Assembly: GCA_965219995.1 (NCBI GenBank)
Contig: CBDCOX010000002.1
Location: 1,056,001-1,120,000 of the forward strand
Direction of reading: 5' to 3'
DNA: 64,000 nucleotides
Source of the DNA: Candidatus Latescibacterota bacterium
GTDB lineage: Bacteria > Latescibacterota > UBA2968 > GCA-2709665
The notes under the pieces are model-generated. The model was not told where the DNA came from. It worked only from the letters and a program-made list of their open reading frames with translations, and searched no databases. Positions within the stretch are counted from its first letter, which is position 1. Every line of letters begins with the position of its first letter. Both the position numbers and the translations under genes were made by a program. Shown in pieces: positions 20,060-29,292 of this stretch.

Positions 20060-20088
20060 TTGAACTCGACCCGTTCATCGCATATCTT
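20060..20088 (+). promoter_or_regulatory. Sigma70-type promoter
   Basis: TTGAAC-N17-TATCTT upstream of the SDR gene. Confidence 0.6.
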
Positions 20089-20135
20089 TGCGGATCGCAT
20101 CCAACCCTCTGCCATTCCGTCTTCAGGAACGCCGG

Positions 20136-20969
20136 ATGAAACCCGATTCTGAGGCCCTTGCCGTATTCGCTCCCGATCTCTTCGCCGGCCGGACCGCGCT
20201 CGTCACCGGCGGCGGCCGGGGAATCGGCCGAAGAATCGCCCTCGCATTTGCGCGGCTGGGGGCGCAGGTCGTGATTGCCGGCCGGAATCCCGGAACGCTC
20301 ATGTCCGCCGCGGACGAGATCACCGGAGCGGGCGCGCAGTGCCTGGCCCTGCCCGTCAATATCCGCGAAACAGGACAGGTCGAAGAGCTCGTCTCCAGGG
20401 CAGTGGACGAATTCGGCGCGATCGACTTCCTGGTCAACAACGCGGGAGGTCAGTTCCCCGCGCGTCCGTCGGAGATCACCGACAGGGGCTGGCGCGCGGT
20501 GGTCGATCTGAACCTCAACGGCACCTGGAACATGTGCAGCCGTATCGGACCTCACATGGTCGGCAATCGGTTCGGATCGATCGTCAACATCGTACACATA
20601 TATGCACTCGATCGGGGCGCGCCGCCTTTCGCCCACTCCGGCGCCGCGCGGGCGGGTGTGGTCAACCTGACCAGAACCCTGGGCCACGATTATGCGGGAC
20701 GCAACGTGAGAGTCAACGCCGTCGCGCCGGGATTCGTGGACACCGCCGGCCTCCGGGAGCATGAATTCAAGCCCCTCCAGCACAAAGACTTCGAAACCAT
20801 GGCCCTGCGGGATGTTCCCGCGGGACGGTTCGCGGACCCGGACGAAGTCGCCGCCATCACGCTCTTCCTGTGTTCTCCGGCCGCGGCATACATCACCGGC
20901 ACCACGATCGTCGCCGACGGCGCATTGTCTCTGGGCAGCTGGACCTCGTGGATGCCTCCGGAACCGTAG
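20136..20969 (+). CDS. SDR oxidoreductase (2,4-dienoyl-CoA reductase/AtuB-like)
   Basis: TGGGRGIG, NNAGGQF, HSGAARAG (His in place of catalytic Tyr, as in the DECR/AtuB subgroup). Confidence 0.88.
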   Translation: MKPDSEALAVFAPDLFAGRTALVTGGGRGIGRRIALAFARLGAQVVIAGRNPGTLMSAADEITGAGAQCLALPVNIRETGQVEELVSRAVDEFGAIDFLVNNAGGQFPARPSEITDRGWRAVVDLNLNGTWNMCSRIGPHMVGNRFGSIVNIVHIYALDRGAPPFAHSGAARAGVVNLTRTLGHDYAGRNVRVNAVAPGFVDTAGLREHEFKPLQHKDFETMALRDVPAGRFADPDEVAAITLFLCSPAAAYITGTTIVADGALSLGSWTSWMPPEP

Positions 20970-20977
20970 CGGCATTG

Positions 20978-21016
20978 AAAAAAAGCGACCGGGAGTTTCC
21001 CGGCCGCTCTTGTTTT
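20978..21016 (-). terminator. Intrinsic terminator between convergent genes
   Basis: Minus strand agcggccggga-aac-tcccggtcgct followed by T7. Confidence 0.75.
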
Positions 21017-21030
21017 CGGTTCTCGTCGAC

Positions 21031-21071
21031 TTAGATGCCAATTTGGCACTATATGCCAAATTGGCATCTAA
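21031..21071. repeat. Perfect 18-bp inverted repeat with nested internal palindromes
   Basis: ttagatgccaatttggca-ctata-tgccaaattggcatctaa. Confidence 0.85.
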
Positions 21072-21092
21072 TTAAACTCTTACACCGCTGAC

Positions 21093-21899
21093 TCAATATC
21101 CGATTCGACGCAAGAATTCATACGTCTTCCGGCTCCGCCCGGCCTCGCTGACGGGGTCTTCGGCGCCCGGTACGGGATTTCCCGGACAACTGGTTACCCA
21201 CCGGGTGAAACCGATTTCCTCCAGCACCTTTCGAATCGCCGTGAAATCCAGGTCCGGCCCTTCGCCCACGTCGCACCAGACCGGATCGTACCGCCCGCTT
21301 TCGTCGCGTGAGGTGGACGTATAATCCTGAAGGTGCATGTAATTCAACCGGCTGCTGAAATCCCGTATCGAGTCGGCCGGATCGTATCCCCACAACAGGG
21401 CGTGGGACACGTCGATACAGAGTTTCGCCTTCCGAAGGCGTCCGGTGTAGAATTTCCAGTCCGCCACGGAATCGACCAGGGTATTGGTGTGAATGTGGTA
21501 ACTGATTTCCAGTCCCAGCGCCTCCGCGTACTCAGCCCACGCTTCAGCGCCTTCCGCCGCCGCCGTCAGATCGTCCTCGTTCACCGGCCGGCCGGCCGGT
21601 TTTACGCCGCTCATGAACATGAAACAGTCGGCTCCCACTTCCGCGGCGTAGTCCATCCGACGCCGGTTGCGCTCCACGTGCGCCCAGTCCCTCACGTCCG
21701 GCGACCCGCTTGCCGTATAAACCGACATCGGCAATCCGGCGTTTTCGCACACGCGCCGCAGCCGGGAAGGCGGCCCCAGCCAGTCCGTGGACAACCGCCC
21801 CTCCCAGCCGTCCCATCCGGCCGCTTTCAATGCTTCCAGCGCCGGCTCCAGGTCGGGTTCCTGCCATCTCAGCGTACTGTATCCCAGTTTAAATGCCAT
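21093..21899 (-). CDS. Sugar phosphate isomerase/epimerase (IolE-like TIM barrel)
   Basis: SYHIHTNT, CIDVSH, YMHLQD, VGEG. Confidence 0.85.
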   Translation of the reverse strand: MAFKLGYSTLRWQEPDLEPALEALKAAGWDGWEGRLSTDWLGPPSRLRRVCENAGLPMSVYTASGSPDVRDWAHVERNRRRMDYAAEVGADCFMFMSGVKPAGRPVNEDDLTAAAEGAEAWAEYAEALGLEISYHIHTNTLVDSVADWKFYTGRLRKAKLCIDVSHALLWGYDPADSIRDFSSRLNYMHLQDYTSTSRDESGRYDPVWCDVGEGPDLDFTAIRKVLEEIGFTRWVTSCPGNPVPGAEDPVSEAGRSRKTYEFLRRIGY

Positions 21900-21941
21900 G
21901 GGTTCCTCCGTCTGCGTCCGTAAGGGGAAGGCTCTACGCGC

Positions 21942-24434
21942 CTACCGTGCCCGCCGCGTCAGTTCCTCCCGGGCCTGCTGAAACAACGCGATCAGGCGAG
22001 CGCGCGTTTCCTCGTCGCGGAATACGCCGATTTTCTCCGCCCAGGCGATCCCGCCTTCAAGATGGGTCAACAGATATTCGCCTTCCGTGGGTTCGAACGC
22101 GCACAGGTTGCCCACGTCGATATAGACCGGTGACGAATGCGCCATCACGGGGCCCGCGTCCGTCGCATACTCGCCCCAACACCGGGCCGCCACCCAGCAT
22201 GACCTCTCGACGTTCAATTCGTGACTCAAGGTGACGGTCCGACGGTCGCCCGCTGCATCCTGCCGGGTTACCCTTTTCCCGTTGACGATCAGCTCCACCG
22301 CGGTCAACGGCCATACACTCTCCGCGGCGGCAACGATCTCCACGGTTCCTCCGTTGCCCGGCAATGCGATTTCGCCGCCCATCGGCGTTCCCTCCACCGC
22401 GAGATCGATCATCGCACCGGTACTCGCGAACGTCGTCCCGCGCTTGACCGCTTTGCACCAGTTCTCGAACGTAAACCCCTCGTCGGGACCCAGCTTCGCG
22501 TACGTCCGTGAGCCGCCCAGGATGCGACCGTTCGACATCTTGTCCGTGCCCCCGACGATCGGAAGCTTCTGGCCCGTGTTCAGCCATCGGTAATACCCGC
22601 GCTCTCCGGCGCCGATCCGTTCGCCCTGCCAGATCCAGCACATTTCCGCCGCGTCGGCCTGGCCCAGCACGATATTGGCGGCATTCTCGAAATCGGGCGT
22701 GGGCATATGCGGCATAATGACCAGGCCGCCCTGCCGGCGGCAGGCTTCCGCCCAGTCTGCCATCAGGGCCTGGATCTCCCCGCCGATCCAGTCTTCCTGA
22801 GGGCCCCCGGTACACATCGGCGCCACCATCTCCTTCAGTCCCAGCAGGCTGATGTGTCCGAGCACGTGCTGGCGGTTTTCCTGGCTCACCCAGATCTTGT
22901 GGTACTCGCTGCTCGTCGGCGCCAGGCCGCCCGTAAACTCTTCCCAACTGGTAAAAAGCCGGCCCCACTGGCTGGCGAGCAGGTTCACGACGTTCAGGTC
23001 TTCGCCGGCCGCCTCCAGATGTGAGGATTGAGACGAGAGAAAGTGCACGTGCGTATCGCCGGAATAGAAACCGCGGTCTTTCATATTGAAAGCACGTTCA
23101 ATGTCCAGCGAAAGATCCCGCTGGCCGGGTTTCACGTCCACCAGCGCGCGCAGGGGAACATACTCGAATCCGCGCGCCGCCTCCACGTAAACAGGCCCCA
23201 CGGGGAGTTCGACCTGGCAGGTGCCGTCGATGTAGGCGTACGGCGTGCCTCGCACCTTGCAGTCGCCGCCCATATCCTCGAACCAGGCGGTATTCACGTC
23301 CGCCTGATGGCCGTGCGGCGCGAAATAGGCGCCGTGGGAAGACCGGAAGTGTATCCGGCATCCCACCGGCAGGCCGGACTCCGCGTCGTTCACCCGAACG
23401 TGCAGCCACTGCTTGCCGGCGGGCGCAACCAGGGCGACGCGGGTGTTGCCGTGCTGCACGGTTTTGTTCTCCAGCACGTCGCCCCATCTGAACGAATCGC
23501 CGGACTCCCCGCACCTGATATTCATTTCGGATTCCGGCGACCCATGGATTTCAAGGTAACTCCCCTCCCTTACCTCCCCTCCGCCAGCGCCCCATCCGGT
23601 CTCATCCGTTTCCAGATAGTCATCGCCGGGTACGTATAGCCGATCCTGCCGCGCGACCACGCCCCGATCCATGTCGACTGCGATCTCGTCCTCGTCTTCT
23701 GTAGAAACAGCGACCTCGCTGCGCGGATGCCACGCGAGCGGATCGTTCTTCTCCTGGCAGAGCGTGATTCCTCCCAGCGCTATCGCGGCATCGCCGGACG
23801 CCGATATCTCGATGCTCTGAATGGGCTCCTCCGGATTCGGATTGACCCAGTCGTACAGCCACCAGCCTGCCAGGTCGCTGCTCTCCGATCGAACACCCAC
23901 CTGTGCCGCGCCATACGGCAACGTCCGGTCGTCCAGGGCGACCGGGAGAAACTCACGACAGTTCCGGCAGAGAAACGGATGGTGCCCCCACGGCACAAAC
24001 AGGTCGTGAATCTCGAAACGCCGCCTCAACTCCTGTTCGACATCAGTCCCGGACTCGTAGCCGATCCGGAACCTGCCCACGACCTCGCCAGTCCCTTCGA
24101 GGCTCGCTTCCGCACCATCGACGGGCGTGCAGACGTGCGCGAACAGCACCCTGCGGGCCTTTCGGCCAACCGGAATGGAGACGGCGCCGGCGACCCGTTC
24201 GCTGCGCCGGCCCGATACCACGACAAACGCGGGGCCTCCGGAAGTCTCGTCCCGGTCCGCGAGCGCGAACGGAACGCCCCAGAAGCGGCAATTGCCACCC
24301 GGCAGCCGGCAGAGCCCGCTCAATCCGGGTCTTTCGGACGCGGCGGGCCAGAGCCACCCCGCACCCGTATCCACGTTTTCCGTTCCGGCATTCAAACAGA
24401 CGGTCAGGTCCAGCGGCTGAAACATGTCTGACAT
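21942..24434 (-). CDS. CehA/McbA family metallohydrolase (PHP-like), paralog 1
   Basis: RGFEY...GDTHVHFLS, ENRQH, PHMP, GGTDKMS, AHSSPVY; N-terminal beta domains; GGAGAG RBS. Confidence 0.82.
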   Translation of the reverse strand: MSDMFQPLDLTVCLNAGTENVDTGAGWLWPAASERPGLSGLCRLPGGNCRFWGVPFALADRDETSGGPAFVVVSGRRSERVAGAVSIPVGRKARRVLFAHVCTPVDGAEASLEGTGEVVGRFRIGYESGTDVEQELRRRFEIHDLFVPWGHHPFLCRNCREFLPVALDDRTLPYGAAQVGVRSESSDLAGWWLYDWVNPNPEEPIQSIEISASGDAAIALGGITLCQEKNDPLAWHPRSEVAVSTEDEDEIAVDMDRGVVARQDRLYVPGDDYLETDETGWGAGGGEVREGSYLEIHGSPESEMNIRCGESGDSFRWGDVLENKTVQHGNTRVALVAPAGKQWLHVRVNDAESGLPVGCRIHFRSSHGAYFAPHGHQADVNTAWFEDMGGDCKVRGTPYAYIDGTCQVELPVGPVYVEAARGFEYVPLRALVDVKPGQRDLSLDIERAFNMKDRGFYSGDTHVHFLSSQSSHLEAAGEDLNVVNLLASQWGRLFTSWEEFTGGLAPTSSEYHKIWVSQENRQHVLGHISLLGLKEMVAPMCTGGPQEDWIGGEIQALMADWAEACRRQGGLVIMPHMPTPDFENAANIVLGQADAAEMCWIWQGERIGAGERGYYRWLNTGQKLPIVGGTDKMSNGRILGGSRTYAKLGPDEGFTFENWCKAVKRGTTFASTGAMIDLAVEGTPMGGEIALPGNGGTVEIVAAAESVWPLTAVELIVNGKRVTRQDAAGDRRTVTLSHELNVERSCWVAARCWGEYATDAGPVMAHSSPVYIDVGNLCAFEPTEGEYLLTHLEGGIAWAEKIGVFRDEETRARLIALFQQAREELTRRAR

Positions 24435-24558
24435 AAGCTCTCCGCTCCAATCCCGTGTTCTGCAGATATGAAAACCGATTGACGGGCAGCCGCGTTGTCC
24501 GTACTCTCGGAGAACCGCCAGAGCGCGATTCCCGCCCATTCCACGAGGAGCGACGCCA

Positions 24559-25299
24559 ATGATCATCGACAGCCACGTGCATCTCAGACACGGCAACGCC
24601 GAGCGTACGGAATATACAGCGCATCAGATTGTCGAATCCATGGACGGCGCGGGCGTGGACAAATCGGTCGTCTTCGCCATTTGCACCACCGCGTTCGACG
24701 CCATAGCGCGGGCCCGCAACGCGCACGAACTGTATCCGGACCGCCTCATCCCGTACGCGTACGCGCTGCCCAGTCCCGAAAGTCCGATCGTCGGAAGCAT
24801 CGAAGAAGCCGTCACGCGCCTCGGGTTCAAGGGCATCAAGATACACGCCGGCGAGTGCACCCTCGCGGAATACGTGTCGGACCCCGTCCTGAAACTTGCC
24901 GGCGAACTCGGTGTGCCATGTCTCATCGATTTCATCGGCCGCGACGCCGACCTGGATCGGATGGCCCGGTCCTTTCCCGATACCCCGATCATCGTCGCTC
25001 ACATGGGCCGCTACCTGTGCACCGACCGGGGACTCATCGACCGGTTTGTCCGCATCGCCGAAGCAAACGGCAACGTGTATCTGGACATCAGCGGCGTCGT
25101 TCTGATCTGGAAAATCCGCGAGGCGGTGGAACGTCTGGGGCCGGAACGCATCATCTGGGGAACCGACGGACCTTACCCCACACCCGACCTGGCGACCTAT
25201 ATCCGAACGGATCTCGCAAAGGTCAGGGCTTCCGGCATTTCAGGACCGGAACTCTCCGCTATTCTCGCCGGAAACATCTCCCGGCTGCTTGATCTCTAA
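24559..25299 (+). CDS. Amidohydrolase family (Amidohydro_2) protein
   Basis: IIDSHVH, KGIKIH, AHMG, IWGTDGP. Confidence 0.9.
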   Translation: MIIDSHVHLRHGNAERTEYTAHQIVESMDGAGVDKSVVFAICTTAFDAIARARNAHELYPDRLIPYAYALPSPESPIVGSIEEAVTRLGFKGIKIHAGECTLAEYVSDPVLKLAGELGVPCLIDFIGRDADLDRMARSFPDTPIIVAHMGRYLCTDRGLIDRFVRIAEANGNVYLDISGVVLIWKIREAVERLGPERIIWGTDGPYPTPDLATYIRTDLAKVRASGISGPELSAILAGNISRLLDL

Positions 25300-25351
25300 C
25301 CGTCCGACCAGTGCCCGGACCCGGCGATCGGTGACTTCGCGACACTTTTTC

Positions 25352-25379
25352 TTGACAAAAATCCGCGTTTGTATATTTT
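25352..25379 (+). promoter_or_regulatory. Promoter for the lysine riboswitch-asd unit
   Basis: TTGACA-N16-TATTTT about 10 nt before the aptamer. Confidence 0.65.
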
Positions 25380-25389
25380 TTCCCCGCTG

Positions 25390-25570
25390 CAAGGGTAGAG
25401 GCGCGGGTTTGCATCAGTAACCGGCGGTGGACGGCGGACCCACAGCTGCCGGACGAAAGGGTGAACCTGCCGAAGCCCGGAACTCCCTCCGCCGGGATTC
25501 ACGGGCTGGGCTGCTGGATAAGATCCAGCGGACTGTCACGGGAAACAAGGCCCCGTGGAGCGCTCTCTTG
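25390..25570 (+). ncRNA. Lysine riboswitch (L-box) aptamer
   Basis: Conserved elements in order: AGAGGCGC...AGTA...GAAAGG...GCCGAA...GGGCTGGG...ACTGTC...GGAGCGCT; P1 caagggtag/ctctcttg; directly upstream of asd. Confidence 0.9.
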
Positions 25571-25592
25571 CGATGTCGCGCATTCCGGTCGT

Positions 25593-25634
25593 AGCCGGCG
25601 ATGTCTCTACCCTTGGACATGCCGGCTGTTTTTG
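25593..25634 (+). terminator. Riboswitch expression-platform terminator
   Basis: agccggc(g)atgtc-loop-gacatgccggct then gtttttg; 25605-25615 is complementary to 25390-25400. Confidence 0.8.
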
Positions 25635-25670
25635 TGCCGCCGATAACCCTCACTCACAGAAGGAACGGCA

Positions 25671-26753
25671 ATGAAAAGACTCAAAGCAGGCGTTCTGGGC
25701 GCGACCGGCATGGTCGGTCAGCGCTTCGTCTCACTCCTGGAGGACCATCCCTGGTTCGAGGTCTCGGCGGTGGCGGCCAGCCCGCGGTCGGCCGGCAAGA
25801 CGTACCGAGAGGCCGTCGCGGGCCGATGGACGCTCGCTTCCGACATTCCATCGAAAACTGCCGATCTGACGGTCAGGAACGTGAACGAGGTCGAAGCCAT
25901 CGCCGATCAGGTCGACTTTGTCTGCTCGGCGCTGAATATGGATAAAGAGGACATCCGCGACCTCGAGGACGCGTATGCCATGCGGGAGACGCCCGTGGCC
26001 TCCAACAATTCCGCCCATCGGTGGACGCCGGACGTCCCCATGCTCATGCCCGAAATCAACCCGGGACACGTGGACGTCATCGAGGCCCAGCGCAAGCGTC
26101 TGGGCACCCGCTCGGGCTTTGTCGCCGTCAAACCGAACTGTTCGATTCAGCCCTATGTCCCTGCCTTCGAGGCGTTGGCGGACTTTGGGCCTCAGCGCGC
26201 ATCCGTATGCACCTACCAGGCGATATCAGGCGCGGGAAAGACCTTTGCGTCGTGGCCCGAAATGGAGGACAATATTATCCCCTTCATCGGAGGGGAGGAA
26301 GAGAAAAGCTCCATGGAACCGCTGAAAATCTGGGGCGAAATTCACAACGGCGAAATCCGGAACGCGAGCGGACCGGTCATTTCAGCGCAGTGTATCCGCG
26401 TGCCCGTCAGCGACGGACATATGGCCGCCACGTCGGTGTCATTCGAAAGGAAGCCTTCCCGGGAGCAGGTTATCGAATCCTGGCGAAATTTCCAGGGGGA
26501 TCCGAAGGCGGCCAACCTGCCTTCCTCGCCCAGACCGTTCCTGACGTATTTCGATGAAGACGACCGGCCGCAGACCCGGTTGGACCGGGACGCGGGCGAC
26601 GGCATGGGCGTCACGCTGGGGAGGCTGAGGGACGACAACCTGTTCGACTACAGATTCATCGCCCTGAGTCACAACACCGTTCGAGGGGCGGCGGGCGGCG
26701 CCGTTCTCATGGCCGAACTGCTTGCGGCCGAGGGTTATCTGCAGGCAAAATAG
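25671..26753 (+). CDS. asd: Aspartate-semialdehyde dehydrogenase
   Basis: GATGMVGQRF, KPNCS catalytic Cys, YQAISGAG, RVPVSDGH, SHNTVRGAAGG. Confidence 0.97.
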   Translation: MKRLKAGVLGATGMVGQRFVSLLEDHPWFEVSAVAASPRSAGKTYREAVAGRWTLASDIPSKTADLTVRNVNEVEAIADQVDFVCSALNMDKEDIRDLEDAYAMRETPVASNNSAHRWTPDVPMLMPEINPGHVDVIEAQRKRLGTRSGFVAVKPNCSIQPYVPAFEALADFGPQRASVCTYQAISGAGKTFASWPEMEDNIIPFIGGEEEKSSMEPLKIWGEIHNGEIRNASGPVISAQCIRVPVSDGHMAATSVSFERKPSREQVIESWRNFQGDPKAANLPSSPRPFLTYFDEDDRPQTRLDRDAGDGMGVTLGRLRDDNLFDYRFIALSHNTVRGAAGGAVLMAELLAAEGYLQAK

Positions 26754-26755
26754 CT

Positions 26756-29257
26756 TCAATGGGCAACCCCATGCCGGTGCAACCGGCGGTGGATGGCCTC
26801 CCGTGCCTCCTGAAACGGGCGCTCCAGGTACGCCATGTGGTCCTCTTCCCCGTGGTGGTGCGTGACCTCGTCCGGCCTGTGCTGCCGGCTGTTCTCGTGC
26901 ATGTACGTCAGGCAGCCGTCCACCAGCGTCAACATGTACCGCGCCGTTTCAGAATCGAACATCCACCATTCGCCGCCGCAGGCTATATAGACCGGGGAAG
27001 TATGCGCCATCATGCCGCGTCCCCAACCGTCGAGATGGGGAACCGCCCGGGCATAGCCCGGGCCTCCGCACCGTGCGGCCAGCCACGAGTGGGCGCCCAC
27101 CTCGATTTCCGCTTTCAGTCTCAGCTTTCGCGAGCCCCCCGATTCTTCCGTTGAGGCAACCACGCGTCCGTCCTGCACGATCTGCAGCGTATGGATGGGC
27201 AGCACGCATTCGGCCTCCGCGACCGCTTCGACACACCCGCCGTTACCCGGCAGTCTGACCGTGTCGCCAACCTCGTGGCCATCCACGGCGAACCGGATGA
27301 TGGGTCCTCCGCTGTGAAAGGTCCGGCCCGCGGCCATGTTCCTGCACCAGGTTTCGTAGGTGAACGGCTCGTCATCGGGAATCTTCACGTACGTTCGGTA
27401 GATGCCCACCGGCACGTCGCTGCTCATCTTGTCCGTTCCACCCACGAGCGGCAGCCTGTATCCGCAGTTCAGATACCTGTAGTATTCGTTGTGATTGTAC
27501 GTTGCGTGCCTGAGCATCTCAACAGCGTCGGCGCGCCCCGTTGCGATGAGTGCGGCCGGCTCCCCGTTGGGATTGGGAAGGTGGGGAATGATCACGGTTC
27601 CGCCCTGTTCGTGGCATCGGTCCGCCCAATCCGACATGGTCGCCTCGAGTGTTCCTCCCATCTCCGCTTCGCCGGGGCCGTCGGAACACCAGGGCATCAC
27701 GGTCTCTTTCAGACCGAGCAGAATCAGATGCCCGAGGAAGTGCTGCCGGTTTTCCGATCCGACGTAGACAATGCTTCTCCCGTCCGGCGACACGCTCGCT
27801 CTGCCTGTGAACTCCTCGGTGCTTGTAAAGAGGTTGCCCCACTGCGAGGGCAGCAGGTTGACGACGTTCAGGTCCTCTCCCTGCGCCTCGGTGTGGCTTC
27901 CCTGCGTGGAAAGAAAATGGACGTGGGAATCCCCGCTGAACCACCGTTCGTCATTCATGCTGCACCAGCGTCTCAGCCGCAGATTCAGTTCCCGCTGTCC
28001 GGGCTTGATTTCCACCGCGGCGCGGAGCGGCTCGTATTCGAATCCCCGGGCCACGTCCACGATGACCCGTCCCCTGGGCAGCCACCCCTGACAGGTGCCG
28101 TCCGTATACGCATAGGTAATCTGACCCAGCCGCACGTCGCCGCCCACGTCGATATGCCACGTGCCGAGGTTCGAATTCACGTGCGGATGGTGACCGTGCG
28201 GCGCGTACGGTATCCCTTCGGGCGACCTGAAGTGCACGCGGCAGGGTACCGGTTTCCCGGTCTCGTCATCGACCACACGGGTGTGCACCCAGTTGCGCCC
28301 GCGGTTTACGACCTCGACCTTCAATGCAGGGGTCTCGACGCTGCCGCGTTTCTCCAGTTCCCCCCAATTCACGGCGCCCAGCGTTTCGGAACCCTGGCTC
28401 ACCGTGACGGTTGCCGACGGAATCGCGGCCACTTCGACGTACGCCGGGCTGCTCGCCGGGTTTTGCGGCTCCCCCCAGCCCTTCCTGTCATCCCTGAGAA
28501 AATGGTCCGACGACCGCGCCGGCAGCGGATAGGGGTACGTGGCGATACCCCGGTCCACTTGCACATCCAGGTCGAACGGCTTGTCGGCATTCTCCTGCCT
28601 CGGCAGGGTTATCAACACTTCCCTCGGGGCCTCTCGCGAAATCGGATGCTCGTCGGCGTGACCCAGCGTGATGCCTCCGATGACAAACCGGAGGTCACCT
28701 GGAATCACCTCCAGCCGTTCAATCACCCGGTCCGGGTGGGGATTCTTCCAGACCCAGAGCGTAAAGGCACTCGAACGGCCCTGCATCGCCTCGGTCTGAC
28801 GTCGACCGGCGTCACCCCACCTTCCCTCGAAGCGCGGCAGCATTTCGTCCGTCCGGTCCTGCACCGCGACGAACGGGAGCCCCGCCGCCGCCGGTACCGT
28901 GCCGATCTCGAACCGGTCCCGGATCGGCGCCGAGACAACCTCGCCACCCTCGAAATGGAAGCGGTATTCTGCAACGCGCTCGCCGATCGGTCCGTTGTCA
29001 GGAATCCCGGAATCAAGCAACCGGTGCGCCACGACCGCCCGGAGGGCCGTCTTTTCAACAGGGACGGAAATCGCCTGGCGCGACATCCCTTCCCCGAAGC
29101 CCAGCAGGCAGGGCGCGGCCTCCCCGTCCGCGCGCCCGATCAGGAACGGCAGGCCCTGGAAATTATGGACGCCCGCGGACACATTCAGCCCGTCACCCGG
29201 ATGCTCCGGGCCCACGTTGCATATCGCGGACAGATCCAGCGGTTCATACGCAGCCAT
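26756..29257 (-). CDS. CehA/McbA family metallohydrolase (PHP-like), paralog 2
   Basis: RGFEY...GDSHVHFLS, ENRQH, PHLP, GGTDKMS, AHTSPVY; His-rich C-terminus. Confidence 0.82.
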   Translation of the reverse strand: MAAYEPLDLSAICNVGPEHPGDGLNVSAGVHNFQGLPFLIGRADGEAAPCLLGFGEGMSRQAISVPVEKTALRAVVAHRLLDSGIPDNGPIGERVAEYRFHFEGGEVVSAPIRDRFEIGTVPAAAGLPFVAVQDRTDEMLPRFEGRWGDAGRRQTEAMQGRSSAFTLWVWKNPHPDRVIERLEVIPGDLRFVIGGITLGHADEHPISREAPREVLITLPRQENADKPFDLDVQVDRGIATYPYPLPARSSDHFLRDDRKGWGEPQNPASSPAYVEVAAIPSATVTVSQGSETLGAVNWGELEKRGSVETPALKVEVVNRGRNWVHTRVVDDETGKPVPCRVHFRSPEGIPYAPHGHHPHVNSNLGTWHIDVGGDVRLGQITYAYTDGTCQGWLPRGRVIVDVARGFEYEPLRAAVEIKPGQRELNLRLRRWCSMNDERWFSGDSHVHFLSTQGSHTEAQGEDLNVVNLLPSQWGNLFTSTEEFTGRASVSPDGRSIVYVGSENRQHFLGHLILLGLKETVMPWCSDGPGEAEMGGTLEATMSDWADRCHEQGGTVIIPHLPNPNGEPAALIATGRADAVEMLRHATYNHNEYYRYLNCGYRLPLVGGTDKMSSDVPVGIYRTYVKIPDDEPFTYETWCRNMAAGRTFHSGGPIIRFAVDGHEVGDTVRLPGNGGCVEAVAEAECVLPIHTLQIVQDGRVVASTEESGGSRKLRLKAEIEVGAHSWLAARCGGPGYARAVPHLDGWGRGMMAHTSPVYIACGGEWWMFDSETARYMLTLVDGCLTYMHENSRQHRPDEVTHHHGEEDHMAYLERPFQEAREAIHRRLHRHGVAH

Positions 29258-29292
29258 ACCCAAAATCCCCTTGTCGACAAAGCGTTTCGGCG

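Noticed and set aside
21031-21071. CIRCE/HrcA operator near clpB
   Set aside because: Does not match TTAGCACTC-N9-GAGTGCTAA and lies over 1 kb from the clpB start, beyond the SDR gene
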